Source: Kiritimatiellia bacterium (GTDB taxonomy: Bacteria; Verrucomicrobiota; Kiritimatiellia; RFP12; UBA1067). From it: a stretch of DNA of 55,659 nt. Positions within the stretch are counted from its first letter, which is position 1, and each line of letters begins with the position of its first letter. The notes under the pieces were generated by a model, which worked only from the letters and a program-made list of their open reading frames with translations, was not told where the DNA came from and did no database searches. The translations under genes and the position numbers were made by a program. The stretch lies in assembly GCA_045598785.1 (NCBI GenBank), contig JAZLMR010000087.1, positions 1 through 55,659 of the forward strand, written 5' to 3'. Shown here one piece after another: positions 36,351-46,290 of this stretch.

Positions 36351-38807
36351 TTACCATAACCTGCGCCCCGAGGCGAGGTGGGGCGCGGCCAATTCTTTAA
36401 CCGACAGCGTTGCGATGCCAGGCTGGAGACCGGCAGCCGTCGCCTTGACCATCAGCTCTCCCGGCGCTCGCCCGACCTCCGCCGTCACCACCAGCCGGCC
36501 GCGAAAGAGCTTCATCGTCGGCCGGACAAACGACTCCAGCGAAGTGGCGTCGCCATTGCAAACCGCCTTGAACCGCCCGGCGCCCTCAACTTGAAACTCC
36601 ACCGCCATCTCCGCCTGCGGACACCAGTTGCCAGCCGCATCCACCGCCTGCACCCGAAAATACGCCAGTTCCGGCATCTCCCCCGGACACGAAACCGCCA
36701 CCGTCGGCACCTCGGGCTCGACTACCAGCCGCACCGGCTCGCCCGCCGTCCGCACCACCGTCTCCGCGACCGCCTGGCCATCCGCATCGAAGGCAACCAC
36801 CTTCAGCTCACCCGGCTCATAGCGAACCTCGTTCCACCGCAGCCGATAGCGATCCAGCCGCGAAGTCCGGTCAAAGGTACGCCGACCTTGCGACTTGCCG
36901 TTCAAAAACAATTCCGCCGCCGGATAGGAAGTGTAGACATAGACCGGCGTCAGCTCCCCTTCGCGCCCCGGCCAAGTCCAATGCGGCAGCACCTGCAAAG
37001 TCGGCGAATCCTTGCGCCAGCGCGCCCGATAAAGATAGGCGCGATCCTTCGGCAGCCCCGCCAAGTCAAAAAGGCCGAAATACGACGAACGCGACGGCCA
37101 ATATTGCTTGTAGGGCGTGGGCTCGCCCAGATAATCCATGCCCGTCCAGACAAATTCGCCGACCACCCAGTCGTGATCATCCTGCATGGCAAAGTCATCA
37201 TCGGGCAGATTCGACCACGAGCCATGCTCAAGGTCATAGGAATTCGACTGCCCGTCCGGGTGCTCGACATCCGCCTTCGCCACCGGCGGAAAATGGTAGC
37301 ACGACCGACTGGAATAGGTCGACGCCGTCTCCCCGCCGAACACCAGCCCTAGCGGCACCTTCGACCGCGTGAATTCGTAGCGCGGCAACCGATAGGTGAG
37401 CGCCGGAATGTCCACCGCCTGCAAAGCCCCCGACGCCAAATAGGCATCCGGGCGGTCAGTCACGAAAGTCACCGGCCGCGACGGATCGAGCCGATGACAG
37501 ACCTCCTGCATTCGCTTGACCATCTCGGCCACATAGTTCGCGTCGTTTTCATGAATCTCGTTGCCAATCGACCACATCACGATCGAAGGATGATTGCGCT
37601 TGGAAACGATGAGATTCGTAAGGTCGCGCTCCCACCACTCGGGGAAATCGCGGGCATAGTCGTTCGGGCACTCCGGCGTCCGCCACATGTCAAAGCTTTC
37701 CGCCATGACCATGAAGCCTTCCTCGTCGCAAATCGCCATCGCGTCTTCCGAGGGCATGTTGTGGGAAGTGCGAATCGCATCCACGCCAATCGACCGGAGG
37801 AGCCGAAGCCGCCGTCGAAACGCCGAGGCATTGAACGCTGCGCCGAGCGGACCTAAGTCATGATGCAGGCAAACGCCGCGGAAATTGCGCTTCTGGCCAT
37901 TCAGCAAAAAGCCCTGCCGCGTCCAGGCGACCGTCCGAATCCCGATCCAGTCCTGACGTTCGTCGACCACCTGCCCATCCTGCCAAAGCCGCGACACCAG
38001 CCGATAGCGCGTCGGCGTCTCGGGCGTCCACAGCTGCGGCGAACCGACCGTCAGCCGGCCGGCGGCCCGGCGGCCGACCACCGGCTGCCGCGCCCCGGCG
38101 ACCGCCTGGCCGGCGGCGGTCAGCAGACTCCACTCCAACTCCAGTTCCCGCCCCGCCGTCGGCCCGTAGACTTCAGTGTCGACCGCCACTTGGGCGCCCT
38201 CGGCTCCGAGACTGACGGTCCGCGCGAATGTGCCCCAGGTTTCGAGCCCCGTCTCGCCGCCGGTAACGAGCCGCACGGGTCGGAACAGCCCCGAGCCCGG
38301 ATACCAACGCGAACTCGAAGGCGGATTGGTGAGGCAGACGAGCACCTCCAGTTCGGTCGCCGGCAGAAAAGAATCGAGCGGAACGCGAAAGGTGTTGTAG
38401 CCATAAGCCCAGCGCCCCGCCTCGCGGCCGTTGACGAACACCACGGGATGATTCATTGCGCCGTCAAACACCAGTTCGGCGTGCCGGGCGTCGGCCGGCA
38501 GCGACAGGCGACGGCGATACCGCCCCGCCCCTACCCAAGGCAAGGCGCCGGTTCGCCCGGTGTGGAAATTCTCCTCCAGCTCGCCGTCCTGCGAGATACG
38601 GGCGACCTGATAGTCGTTGGAAATGTCAAACTCGCCGCCGATGGCCCAATCGTGCGGAATCGTCACCGACTCCCACTTCGAGCCCGATTCGCCGCGCTGG
38701 AACTCCCACCTTTCGGCGAGCCGGATCTCCGCGCCTTGACCGACAAAAGCGGCAGCTGCCGTAACGACAGCCGCGAGCTTACCTGCACTCAGATCTAAAA
38801 TACTCAT
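36351..38807 (-). CDS. GH2 beta-galactosidase family glycoside hydrolase
   Basis: IPHDWAI, RWYPGSGLFR, GVCLHHDLGPLG, IRTSHN, NHPSIVMWSIGNE, GEFVWTGMDYLGEP. Start at the second ATG because the first abuts the -10 box. Confidence 0.93.
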   Translation of the reverse strand: MSILDLSAGKLAAVVTAAAAFVGQGAEIRLAERWEFQRGESGSKWESVTIPHDWAIGGEFDISNDYQVARISQDGELEENFHTGRTGALPWVGAGRYRRRLSLPADARHAELVFDGAMNHPVVFVNGREAGRWAYGYNTFRVPLDSFLPATELEVLVCLTNPPSSSRWYPGSGLFRPVRLVTGGETGLETWGTFARTVSLGAEGAQVAVDTEVYGPTAGRELELEWSLLTAAGQAVAGARQPVVGRRAAGRLTVGSPQLWTPETPTRYRLVSRLWQDGQVVDERQDWIGIRTVAWTRQGFLLNGQKRNFRGVCLHHDLGPLGAAFNASAFRRRLRLLRSIGVDAIRTSHNMPSEDAMAICDEEGFMVMAESFDMWRTPECPNDYARDFPEWWERDLTNLIVSKRNHPSIVMWSIGNEIHENDANYVAEMVKRMQEVCHRLDPSRPVTFVTDRPDAYLASGALQAVDIPALTYRLPRYEFTRSKVPLGLVFGGETASTYSSRSCYHFPPVAKADVEHPDGQSNSYDLEHGSWSNLPDDDFAMQDDHDWVVGEFVWTGMDYLGEPTPYKQYWPSRSSYFGLFDLAGLPKDRAYLYRARWRKDSPTLQVLPHWTWPGREGELTPVYVYTSYPAAELFLNGKSQGRRTFDRTSRLDRYRLRWNEVRYEPGELKVVAFDADGQAVAETVVRTAGEPVRLVVEPEVPTVAVSCPGEMPELAYFRVQAVDAAGNWCPQAEMAVEFQVEGAGRFKAVCNGDATSLESFVRPTMKLFRGRLVVTAEVGRAPGELMVKATAAGLQPGIATLSVKELAAPHLASGRRLW

Positions 38808-38955
38808 TGCCATATTCTAGCAAGTGCCGACAACCGTCAACAAGTCCCCCGAACGGGTGATGGTGCGATCGCTGATGCGCGCACCCTCGCGTCGGGTACG
38901 GTAAATCTCAGCCTTGCGGACATACTCATCCCCAACTTTGCGACAATACCAAAAT

Positions 38956-39192
38956 TTAGCGCCGTCGGAACTTGTCCAGCGAGGTATGCTGCTGGTAGGC
39001 GGCGCTCTTGACCTCGACAGGACAAATCTTGTCGCCTCGCCGAATCAAAAAATCAATTTCCATCCGTTCGACTCCACCCTGCTTCCCGTTCCGCGAATAG
39101 AAGAAGAGCTCGTCGCCGACGGCCGTCAGCGCCTGTGCGACGACATTCTCGGCAACCATGCCCTCGTTGACCGCAAGGCGATCCAGAAACCT
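38956..39192 (-). pseudogene. C-terminal fragment of an AAA-family ATPase with DUF4143-type tail
   Basis: FLDRLAVNEGMVAENVVAQAL...EIDFLI...PVEVKS...SLDKF; no N-terminal ATPase, begins right after the purA stop, premature stop. Confidence 0.7.
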
Positions 39193-39194
39193 CG

Positions 39195-40472
39195 TCAGAT
39201 GTTGATGCGCAAGGTCGTCTCGCGGGCCGGGCCGACAGAGAGAACGCCCAGCTGACCGCCGACGAGGTCGAGAATGCGGTTGATGTAGGCCTTCGCGTTC
39301 TCAGGGAGCGCCGCGTAGTCCGTGATCTTCGAGGTCTCGCACTGCCAGCCGGGCATCTCCTCGTAGACCGGCGTGCAACGCTTCAGAACGTCGAGATCGG
39401 CCGGAAACGTCGTGTAGACGAACCCGTCATCGCGCTTGTAGCCCGTACAGATCTTCACCGTCTCGAAGGTGTCGAGCACATCCAGCTTCGTCATCGCCCA
39501 GTAGTCGATGCCGTTGACGCGCTGCGCGTACTTGGCGACTACCGCGTCAAACCATCCGCAACGCCGCGGACGCCCCGTCGTCGCGCCGAACTCGCCGCCG
39601 CGCTGCCTGAGCGTCTCGCCGTCCGCATCCAGAAGCTCCGTCGGGAACGGGCCTTCGCCGACGCGCGTCGTGTAGAGCTTCAAGACGCCGATCACGCGAT
39701 CAATCGCGCGGGGCGAAACACCCGAACCCGTGCAGGCACCGCCCGCCGTCGGATTGGACGAGGTCACGAAGGGATAAGTGCCGAAGTCGATGTCGAGCAT
39801 CGTCGCCTGCGCCCCCTCGAAGAGAAGCGACTTCTTCGCCTCCAGGTTCTCGTGCAGGAACTGGATCGTGTCCGTCACGTACGGCATCAGCGCCTTCACC
39901 ATCGGGGTGTAGAGCTTCACCATCTCCTCGGCGTCGAGCGTCTGGGCGCCAAGCGCCTTGAGGGTCCGATTCGCTTCCTCGACCTGGTCGCGGACAAGAT
40001 CAAGGAAATTAGGCTTCAAAATGTCACCGACGCGCATGCCGTAGCGCCCGACCTTGGCCGCATACGCCGGCCCGATGCCGCGACCGGTCGTGCCGATCTT
40101 CTTGCCCTCCGGACGCGCGGCCTCCTCGGCCTTGTCGATCGCGCGATGCCACTGCATCACCATCTGCGCCCGTTCGGAAATGTGGAAGCGCCCCTTGAGC
40201 TCAAAGCCCCAGCTCTCGACCTGCTCCAGCTCCTTCATGAGATCGAACGGATCCATCACGACGCCGTTGCCGATCACGCAGTGCTTGCCGTTGTGAAGAA
40301 TGCCCGAAGGCACCAGGTGCAGGACATACTTCTTGTCGCCGACCACCACCGTATGCCCGGCGTTCGAACCGCCCTGGAAACGGACGACGACGTCCGATTC
40401 CTCGGTCAGAAAATCAATGACCTTGCCCTTGCCTTCATCGCCCCACTGGGCGCCAACGAGTACAGTATTCAT
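39195..40472 (-). CDS. purA: Adenylosuccinate synthetase
   Basis: GAQWGDEGKGK, QGGSNAGHT, IGTTGRGIGP, EFGATTGRPRRCGWFD, TKLDVL. Start at MNTVLV. Confidence 0.98.
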   Translation of the reverse strand: MNTVLVGAQWGDEGKGKVIDFLTEESDVVVRFQGGSNAGHTVVVGDKKYVLHLVPSGILHNGKHCVIGNGVVMDPFDLMKELEQVESWGFELKGRFHISERAQMVMQWHRAIDKAEEAARPEGKKIGTTGRGIGPAYAAKVGRYGMRVGDILKPNFLDLVRDQVEEANRTLKALGAQTLDAEEMVKLYTPMVKALMPYVTDTIQFLHENLEAKKSLLFEGAQATMLDIDFGTYPFVTSSNPTAGGACTGSGVSPRAIDRVIGVLKLYTTRVGEGPFPTELLDADGETLRQRGGEFGATTGRPRRCGWFDAVVAKYAQRVNGIDYWAMTKLDVLDTFETVKICTGYKRDDGFVYTTFPADLDVLKRCTPVYEEMPGWQCETSKITDYAALPENAKAYINRILDLVGGQLGVLSVGPARETTLRINI

Positions 40473-40504
40473 AACGGAGAATATTATAGCATAACGAGAA
40501 AGGT

Positions 40505-41413
40505 TCAGGCGCGCGGATGGAAGCGCCGGTGGATCTCGCCGAAGCGCGCGGCGTCGACATGGGTGTAGATCTGCGTGGTGCCGATGTCGGCATGGCCGAG
40601 CAACTCCTGAATCGCCCGGATGTCCGCACCATGCGCCAGCATGTGCGAGGCAAAGCAATGACGCAGCACATGCGGCGAAACCCGCTCCGCGGCAATCCCC
40701 ACCGCCGCCGCCCGCTCGCGAATCACCTTAAAGACGCCCTGCCGGGTAAACGGCCGCCCGAGCCGCGTGACGAAGATGTGCGTCTCGGACAAGTCGCCGC
40801 GCGTAAAGACGATCCGCGCCGAATCGCAATAGGCCGTCAAGGCCCGCCCCGCCGCGCCGCCAATCGGCACCAGCCGCTCCTTGTCCCCCTTGCCCAGAAC
40901 CCGCAGCAGCTCGCCGTCGGCGACCACATCCTCCAGTTTGAGCCCACACGCCTCGCTGACCCGCAATCCGCAGCCGTACATCGTCTCCAGGAGCGCCCGA
41001 TCCCGCCGCGACCGCGGATCGTCCGCGTCGATCGCCTCCAGCATCGCCGCAACTTCCGCCTCGCTCAGCACTCGCGGCAGCGTCCGCGCCTTCTTCGGCG
41101 AATCCAGCAACTCCGTCGGATCGTGCGGCAGCATCCGCCGCTCCTTGAGATAGCGGAAAAACATGCGGATCGCCGCCGTCCGCCGTGCCCGCGTGGAACT
41201 GGCCAGCCCCGACGAACGCTCGGCGGCCAGGAACTCCGCAATGTCCGAACGGGTGACCGCCTGAATTCCCGGACAACCGCAAACGGCCAGAAATTCGGCA
41301 AAAGCCGTCAGGTCGCTACCGTAGCTGACGGCGGTGTTTTCGCTCAGGCGGCGCTCGTAGCGCAACGAATCGACAAAGGCGCCGATCTCAGATTCGAGCA
41401 ATGAAGTCTTCAA
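40505..41413 (-). CDS. xerD: Tyrosine recombinase XerD-type
   Basis: YGCGLRVSE, GKGDKERLVP, PHVLRHCFASH, LLGHADIGTTQIYTHV. Confidence 0.88.
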   Translation of the reverse strand: MKTSLLESEIGAFVDSLRYERRLSENTAVSYGSDLTAFAEFLAVCGCPGIQAVTRSDIAEFLAAERSSGLASSTRARRTAAIRMFFRYLKERRMLPHDPTELLDSPKKARTLPRVLSEAEVAAMLEAIDADDPRSRRDRALLETMYGCGLRVSEACGLKLEDVVADGELLRVLGKGDKERLVPIGGAAGRALTAYCDSARIVFTRGDLSETHIFVTRLGRPFTRQGVFKVIRERAAAVGIAAERVSPHVLRHCFASHMLAHGADIRAIQELLGHADIGTTQIYTHVDAARFGEIHRRFHPRA

Positions 41414-42206
41414 TGAAAGTCGCCATCTTCGGCTTCGCCGCCTCGCCGGCGCGAATGACCTCTTCGTGATTGAGCGTCGAAAGCGCGATTCCCGCCGCCA
41501 GGTTGGAAACGAGCGAAAGACCCGCCACCTTCATACCGCAGGCCCGTGCAAACACGGCCTCGGGCACGGTCGACATGCCGACCACATCCACTCCCTGCGA
41601 CTTGTACGCCCGGATCTCCGCCGGCGTCTCGTAAGCCGGCCCGGTATTGAAGGCATAAACCCCGTCCATCACCCGCAGCCCGAGGCGGTTGGCGCTGGCA
41701 TGCAACAGCTCGGCCAGATGCCGAGTGTAGATTTCGGTCATGTCCGGGAAACGCTCCCCCCACTCGGAACGATGCGCGCCGACCAGCGGACTCGCGCCCG
41801 TCAGGTTGATGTGGTCGCGGATGATCACGAAGTCCCCGGGGCGCAGCGCGGCGTTAATGCCGCCGGACGCATTCGTCAGGAGCAGAGTGCCGCAGCCCAT
41901 GCGCCGCAAGAGCTCGACCGGCAAGACCACCGGCTCCCAGCCGACGCCCTCGTAATAATGACGCCGGCCGCACCAGGCAGCGATCAACTTGCCGCGCCGC
42001 CGATAAAGGATGAATTCGCCGGTATGCCCCTTCACCGTCGACGCGCCAAGCCCGGGAATGTCGGAATACTTCAGCCGCACGATTATCTCGTCCATCGCCA
42101 GCGCCTCGCCCCAGCCGCTGCCGAGCAGAATGCCCAGATCCGGCGGCTGCCGAAAACAGCTGTCGGGGAAATACGCCGCCGCATCATCAAAGAATTTCAT
42201 CTGCAT
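41388..42206 (-). CDS. Purine-nucleoside phosphorylase (trimeric family)
   Basis: ILLGSGWG, GRRHYYEG, LTNASGG, GPAYETPAE, VGMSTVPE, SNLAAG. Confidence 0.93.
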   Translation of the reverse strand: MQMKFFDDAAAYFPDSCFRQPPDLGILLGSGWGEALAMDEIIVRLKYSDIPGLGASTVKGHTGEFILYRRRGKLIAAWCGRRHYYEGVGWEPVVLPVELLRRMGCGTLLLTNASGGINAALRPGDFVIIRDHINLTGASPLVGAHRSEWGERFPDMTEIYTRHLAELLHASANRLGLRVMDGVYAFNTGPAYETPAEIRAYKSQGVDVVGMSTVPEAVFARACGMKVAGLSLVSNLAAGIALSTLNHEEVIRAGEAAKPKMATFIEDFIARI

Positions 42207-43264
42207 GGCCAACACCTCCATTCCGTTCCCGCATACGGGCAGTTCCGCGAGCGCGACGCCAACGCCTCCAGATCCACCGCGCGCAACTCGCCGACCGCCA
42301 CCGTCGTCCGCTTCAGCGACGACGCCTCCAAGCCGTGAATCAGCCGCACAGGCATTTCCGACCAGGCCTTCGCCCAGTCCGCGACCGCCATACCCTCCTC
42401 CTCGACCATGACGCCGTAAGTAATCGGAATCGCAGTCTCAAGCCCGATGATGCCGTTGGCGCTGCCCGCAAAGCCCAGCGACTTCCGGTCCGCCGGATGC
42501 GGCGCGTGGTCGGTCGCAAACATCAGCCGCCCCTCCTTCACCGCCCGCCGGAGTTCCGCCCGGTCCTCGCGATTGCCGAGCGGCGGCGCCATCTTGAAAT
42601 TCGCATCGTCGGCAGTCAAATCGTCGCACGTCAACAGCAAATGATGCGGCGTGGCCTCGGCCGTCACCGGCAGCCCTTCCTGCTGGGCCGAGCGCACCAA
42701 CTCGACGCCCGCCGCGGTGGAAAGATGCTGGATGTGCAGCCGACAGCCGGTCTCGCGGCACAGCGATAGGTCGCGGCGAATGGCCTCGGTCTCAACCGTC
42801 TCGGCGACAATCGGCAATCCCAGCTGCCGCGCCAGCCGGCAGTCGCGAATGACGCCGTCGGTCGCCGTCATCGCGTGCTGCGAGACGACCATGCCCAGCT
42901 TGGCAATGCGGCGCATGGCCGCCTCCATCACCCGGGCGTCCGCGACATAGCTGCCGTCATCGGTAAAGAACGCCGCGCCCGCCGCCGCCAGCGTCTCCAG
43001 TTCCGCCACCTCGCGCCCGAGCCGCCCACGAGTAATGCAGGCCGACGGAAAGATGCGCGGCCCCGGCAACCCCTGCTGGCGTCGGATCCACTCGACTGAA
43101 TCGCCGGCCGGATTCGTATTCGGCATCGTGACCACCGCGGCAAATCCGCCGCGCTCGGCCGCCCGCAGCCCCGAGGCGGTGTCTTCCGCCGCCGGCATTC
43201 CGGGATCGCGGAAATGCACATGCACGTCAATGAAGCCCGGAAACTCGTAGCGCATCGGTTGCAT
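42197..43264 (-). CDS. pyrC: Dihydroorotase
   Basis: PGFIDVHVHFRDPG, MPNTNP, EATPHHL, KMAPPL, ATDHAPH, GIIGLET. Confidence 0.9.
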   Translation of the reverse strand: MQPMRYEFPGFIDVHVHFRDPGMPAAEDTASGLRAAERGGFAAVVTMPNTNPAGDSVEWIRRQQGLPGPRIFPSACITRGRLGREVAELETLAAAGAAFFTDDGSYVADARVMEAAMRRIAKLGMVVSQHAMTATDGVIRDCRLARQLGLPIVAETVETEAIRRDLSLCRETGCRLHIQHLSTAAGVELVRSAQQEGLPVTAEATPHHLLLTCDDLTADDANFKMAPPLGNREDRAELRRAVKEGRLMFATDHAPHPADRKSLGFAGSANGIIGLETAIPITYGVMVEEEGMAVADWAKAWSEMPVRLIHGLEASSLKRTTVAVGELRAVDLEALASRSRNCPYAGTEWRCWPCR

Positions 43265-43276
43265 CAGTCACACTCC

Positions 43277-45472
43277 TTATGCCAGGCAACGGACATTGCC
43301 CGCGAAGTCGGCGACATAAAGCCGGTCGCCGTCCACGGCCGCCGAGGCGAGATACGGTACGCCCGTGAAAATCCACTTCCGCCGCTCGCCGGTCTGCGGA
43401 TCCCAGGCATAGACCGCGCCATCCTGCGCCGTCGCCCAGACGAGATCCCGCCACACGACCGGCACCGAACACAGCGAACGGATCGGCGAATACTTGTAAG
43501 CCGGCAGCGAATAGAGCGCCGGCTCCACGCTCGCCTTCCAGACGATTTCCAGCGTCGACTCGTCCAGGCACACCAGTCCCTCGCTGGCGCTGCCGAAATA
43601 GATGCGCCCGGCATGAAATACCGGCGAGGTAAAGCAGGAGACCGAAAACGGAAACGCCCGCTCCCGCAGAATCTTGCCGGTCTTCGGGTCGGCCTCGAAA
43701 TAGCGGTTGTGACCGGTCAGGATCAATTTGCCGCCGCGATAGACCGGGAAGCCCATGCATTCCAGCCAGGGCTCGGCCAGCCGATGCCGTTCCTGCGCCG
43801 TCGGCGCGTCGCCCAGCCGGTGCGTCCACAGCGTCTTGCCAGTCCGGGCGTCATAGCCGAAAGTCCCGGCCCAGTTGGCCCGGCCGACGATCACCTCGTC
43901 ACAAACGGCACAAGGCGTCGGCGAACCGAGGAAAATGCCGTGGGTGGCATCCGTGCGCCAGACCACCTTCGCCGTCTCCGGGTCGAGGGCGAACAGCGAC
44001 TTGAAGGCGCTGCCGACAAACAACCGGTTGGTGGCCGCGTCATAATTCAGGAACGACTGCGAAAAGCCAGAAGCGCCGCCCCACATCCGCGAACCGGTAT
44101 AGCCGACTTCGTCCCGCGCGTCAAAATGCCAGATCACCCGGCCGGTCTGCGCCTCCAGCGCATAGACCTGCCAGAAGGTGTCGTTCACGAAAACCCGATC
44201 GCCGCGAACGAGCGCCGACGACATCACATCGCCGCGCGTCTTGAAGAACCAGCGCCGCTCGCCAGTTCGCGCATCAAAGGCCCAGAGCCCCGGCGTACAG
44301 GCGCCGGAATAGTCGACCGTCCCCACATAGACATTGCCCGCGCCGATCGCCGGCATCGAATAATAGACATTGCCGCCGCCCGTCTTCGCGAGCCAGCCCC
44401 CGGCCATTGCCGGCGCCGGCGGCTGCCACTGATGTTCAAGATCGAAGACATTGTCGACTTTTTCCACCCGCCCCCGGGCATCGAGGCGCACCACCTGCAG
44501 CGTGGCGTCGTTCTTGTTCGGCGGCGCCGCCGACACAATGGCCAGCCGTCCGTCGTCGGACCGATAGCAATAATTCTGATGGATATGCCCGTGCACCACC
44601 GCCCGCACCTGGCAAAGCGCAGTAACCTCAAAGGGCTCGCGGCTTTCGGTGGTGATGACCGAATGCGAAAATAACTTCCGAAGGTCCCAAAGTCGGGAAT
44701 CGACGCCGCCATGGGTCAGAATCACAACCGGCTGCTGCCTGCGGGCGGCAATCGCGAGGTCGTTGCGCAGCCAGGCGACCACGTCTTCCACCCCGTAGTC
44801 GGGCTTGCCGTCGCCCCATATCATCGGCGTCGCGACGAAATGCGTGCCGCCGGCGTCGAACGAATACCAGCAGGGCCCGAAGGTGTCTTCAAAAATCTGC
44901 TCGGCGCGGACCGGCCCCTTGAGGTCGTGGTTGCCGACGACATAGAAGACCGGGCAGCCGACCGTCTCCGCATTCATCAGCTCGGCGTGCTTGGGCATCC
45001 GCTGGCCGTCAATGTCGCCGGTATGCACCACAAAAGCCGCGCCGGTCTCGGCCGCCAGCGCCTTCGTCTTCGCCACCCAGCGCCGTTCGTCATCCAGCCG
45101 TTTCAGCTGAATCTCACTGTCGCCGATGTGGACGAAGGCGACCTTGCCGGTTCGTGAAGCCGCCCAAGGCTCCAGCGCAAAATCATAGTTCCGGCCGGGG
45201 CCCGCGTACTTGAGATAATGGCGGGCGATTTTCCAGCCGCTCGGCACCGTCACCGAAATGAACCGCGCCCTGGCATTCGCCGGCAACACCCAGGTGCCGT
45301 CAGCTTTCGTTTCCACGCAGTTGATGCCGTCACTGACCACCACGCCCGCCAGCGGTCGACCGCCAGCCGTGACTTTCCCGCCCACCGGCTCCGTCGCCAA
45401 CGCCTCTCCCGAGGCCACCAACACGCCGCCGACCGCAGCCCCGCAAATAAAAGAACGCCGATTAACTTCCAT
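43277..45472 (-). CDS. Tat-exported calcineurin-like metallophosphoesterase + PQQ-type beta-propeller
   Basis: NRRSFI Tat motif from MEVN; HIGD, HTGD, GNHD, HGHIH metal motifs; repeated A-x-D-x-x-TG-x-x-x-W blades. Confidence 0.87.
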   Translation of the reverse strand: MEVNRRSFICGAAVGGVLVASGEALATEPVGGKVTAGGRPLAGVVVSDGINCVETKADGTWVLPANARARFISVTVPSGWKIARHYLKYAGPGRNYDFALEPWAASRTGKVAFVHIGDSEIQLKRLDDERRWVAKTKALAAETGAAFVVHTGDIDGQRMPKHAELMNAETVGCPVFYVVGNHDLKGPVRAEQIFEDTFGPCWYSFDAGGTHFVATPMIWGDGKPDYGVEDVVAWLRNDLAIAARRQQPVVILTHGGVDSRLWDLRKLFSHSVITTESREPFEVTALCQVRAVVHGHIHQNYCYRSDDGRLAIVSAAPPNKNDATLQVVRLDARGRVEKVDNVFDLEHQWQPPAPAMAGGWLAKTGGGNVYYSMPAIGAGNVYVGTVDYSGACTPGLWAFDARTGERRWFFKTRGDVMSSALVRGDRVFVNDTFWQVYALEAQTGRVIWHFDARDEVGYTGSRMWGGASGFSQSFLNYDAATNRLFVGSAFKSLFALDPETAKVVWRTDATHGIFLGSPTPCAVCDEVIVGRANWAGTFGYDARTGKTLWTHRLGDAPTAQERHRLAEPWLECMGFPVYRGGKLILTGHNRYFEADPKTGKILRERAFPFSVSCFTSPVFHAGRIYFGSASEGLVCLDESTLEIVWKASVEPALYSLPAYKYSPIRSLCSVPVVWRDLVWATAQDGAVYAWDPQTGERRKWIFTGVPYLASAAVDGDRLYVADFAGNVRCLA

Positions 45473-45483
45473 GACAAAATATT

Positions 45484-46290
45484 TTACAACAAACCGCAGA
45501 AAAAGACAAAGGCGGAGCGGCTTGCCGCACGTGTCATGCCGGAACATTCGTCGGCATCTGCCGCATTCCCATAAACATATTTCCTATGATAAGCAAGATA
45601 AGCACATTGCTTATCAGAAAGAGGTTGCCGCAGGCGAAGATCAGACGAAAGATTGTAGAGCGAAACCGCCACAGAGGAAAGCTGCGGGGAAAGCAGCATT
45701 GAACCGTCATCGGCGAAAGTGATGAGGCCCTGATCGAAGAGCGCGTCGAGGTGGACGGCCAGAGGGAATCCATTGGCGGGATCGAGGCGTTCGGCATCGG
45801 TGATGGTCGGATCGTGCCAGGGCTTGGCATGGGAGGCGCGGAGCAAGGCGCGGTCAGTGATGCCGGTCACGGCGCAGGCATTGCCCCAAAGGGCGAGCTG
45901 CTTGACCTTGTAGAGATGCTGGCCGAGGCGTGTCTTCACCCGCGCAATCGACTCGGTGATCGGCGTCGCGGGTTCGCCCGGATCGGACGGCAGTTCCGCC
46001 GCCGCGGTGAACATCTTGCCAATCAGCTCAAGATGGTCGGTAATGTCATTCGGCGCATGCGGAACCGAAAGACAATCCTCGACGGCCCATTGCGGGAACG
46101 CCGCGATAAGCCCCGCCTGATTGCGCGAACCACGAAACATGAAATTCTCGCCATCATCCGCAATCGCCACCTGATTCGGTTGGTGAACGCTCGCAAACAC
46201 CGCCACCTCGTCCGTCGGCTGGTTCGGCCCAAGTTCAAAACGGTTGTTGTAAGCCGTCGTCTGGATGATGCCGTAGAGCAAAGCCGTCAT
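45484..46290 (-). CDS. HNH endonuclease (putative restriction/defence nuclease)
   Basis: RLGQ, CAVTG, LRASHAKPW, NGFPL..HLDALFDQGLITF. Confidence 0.85.
   Translation of the reverse strand: MTALLYGIIQTTAYNNRFELGPNQPTDEVAVFASVHQPNQVAIADDGENFMFRGSRNQAGLIAAFPQWAVEDCLSVPHAPNDITDHLELIGKMFTAAAELPSDPGEPATPITESIARVKTRLGQHLYKVKQLALWGNACAVTGITDRALLRASHAKPWHDPTITDAERLDPANGFPLAVHLDALFDQGLITFADDGSMLLSPQLSSVAVSLYNLSSDLRLRQPLSDKQCAYLAYHRKYVYGNAADADECSGMTRAASRSAFVFFCGLL

Noticed and set aside
38837-38950. Possible PIN-toxin-like remnant (RKAEIYRTRREG)
   Set aside because: Too short and degenerate to support.
40505-41413. Tyrosine recombinase as island integrase or integron integrase
   Set aside because: Looks like housekeeping XerD in a nucleotide-metabolism operon; no IntI-specific insertion or attC-like sites seen.
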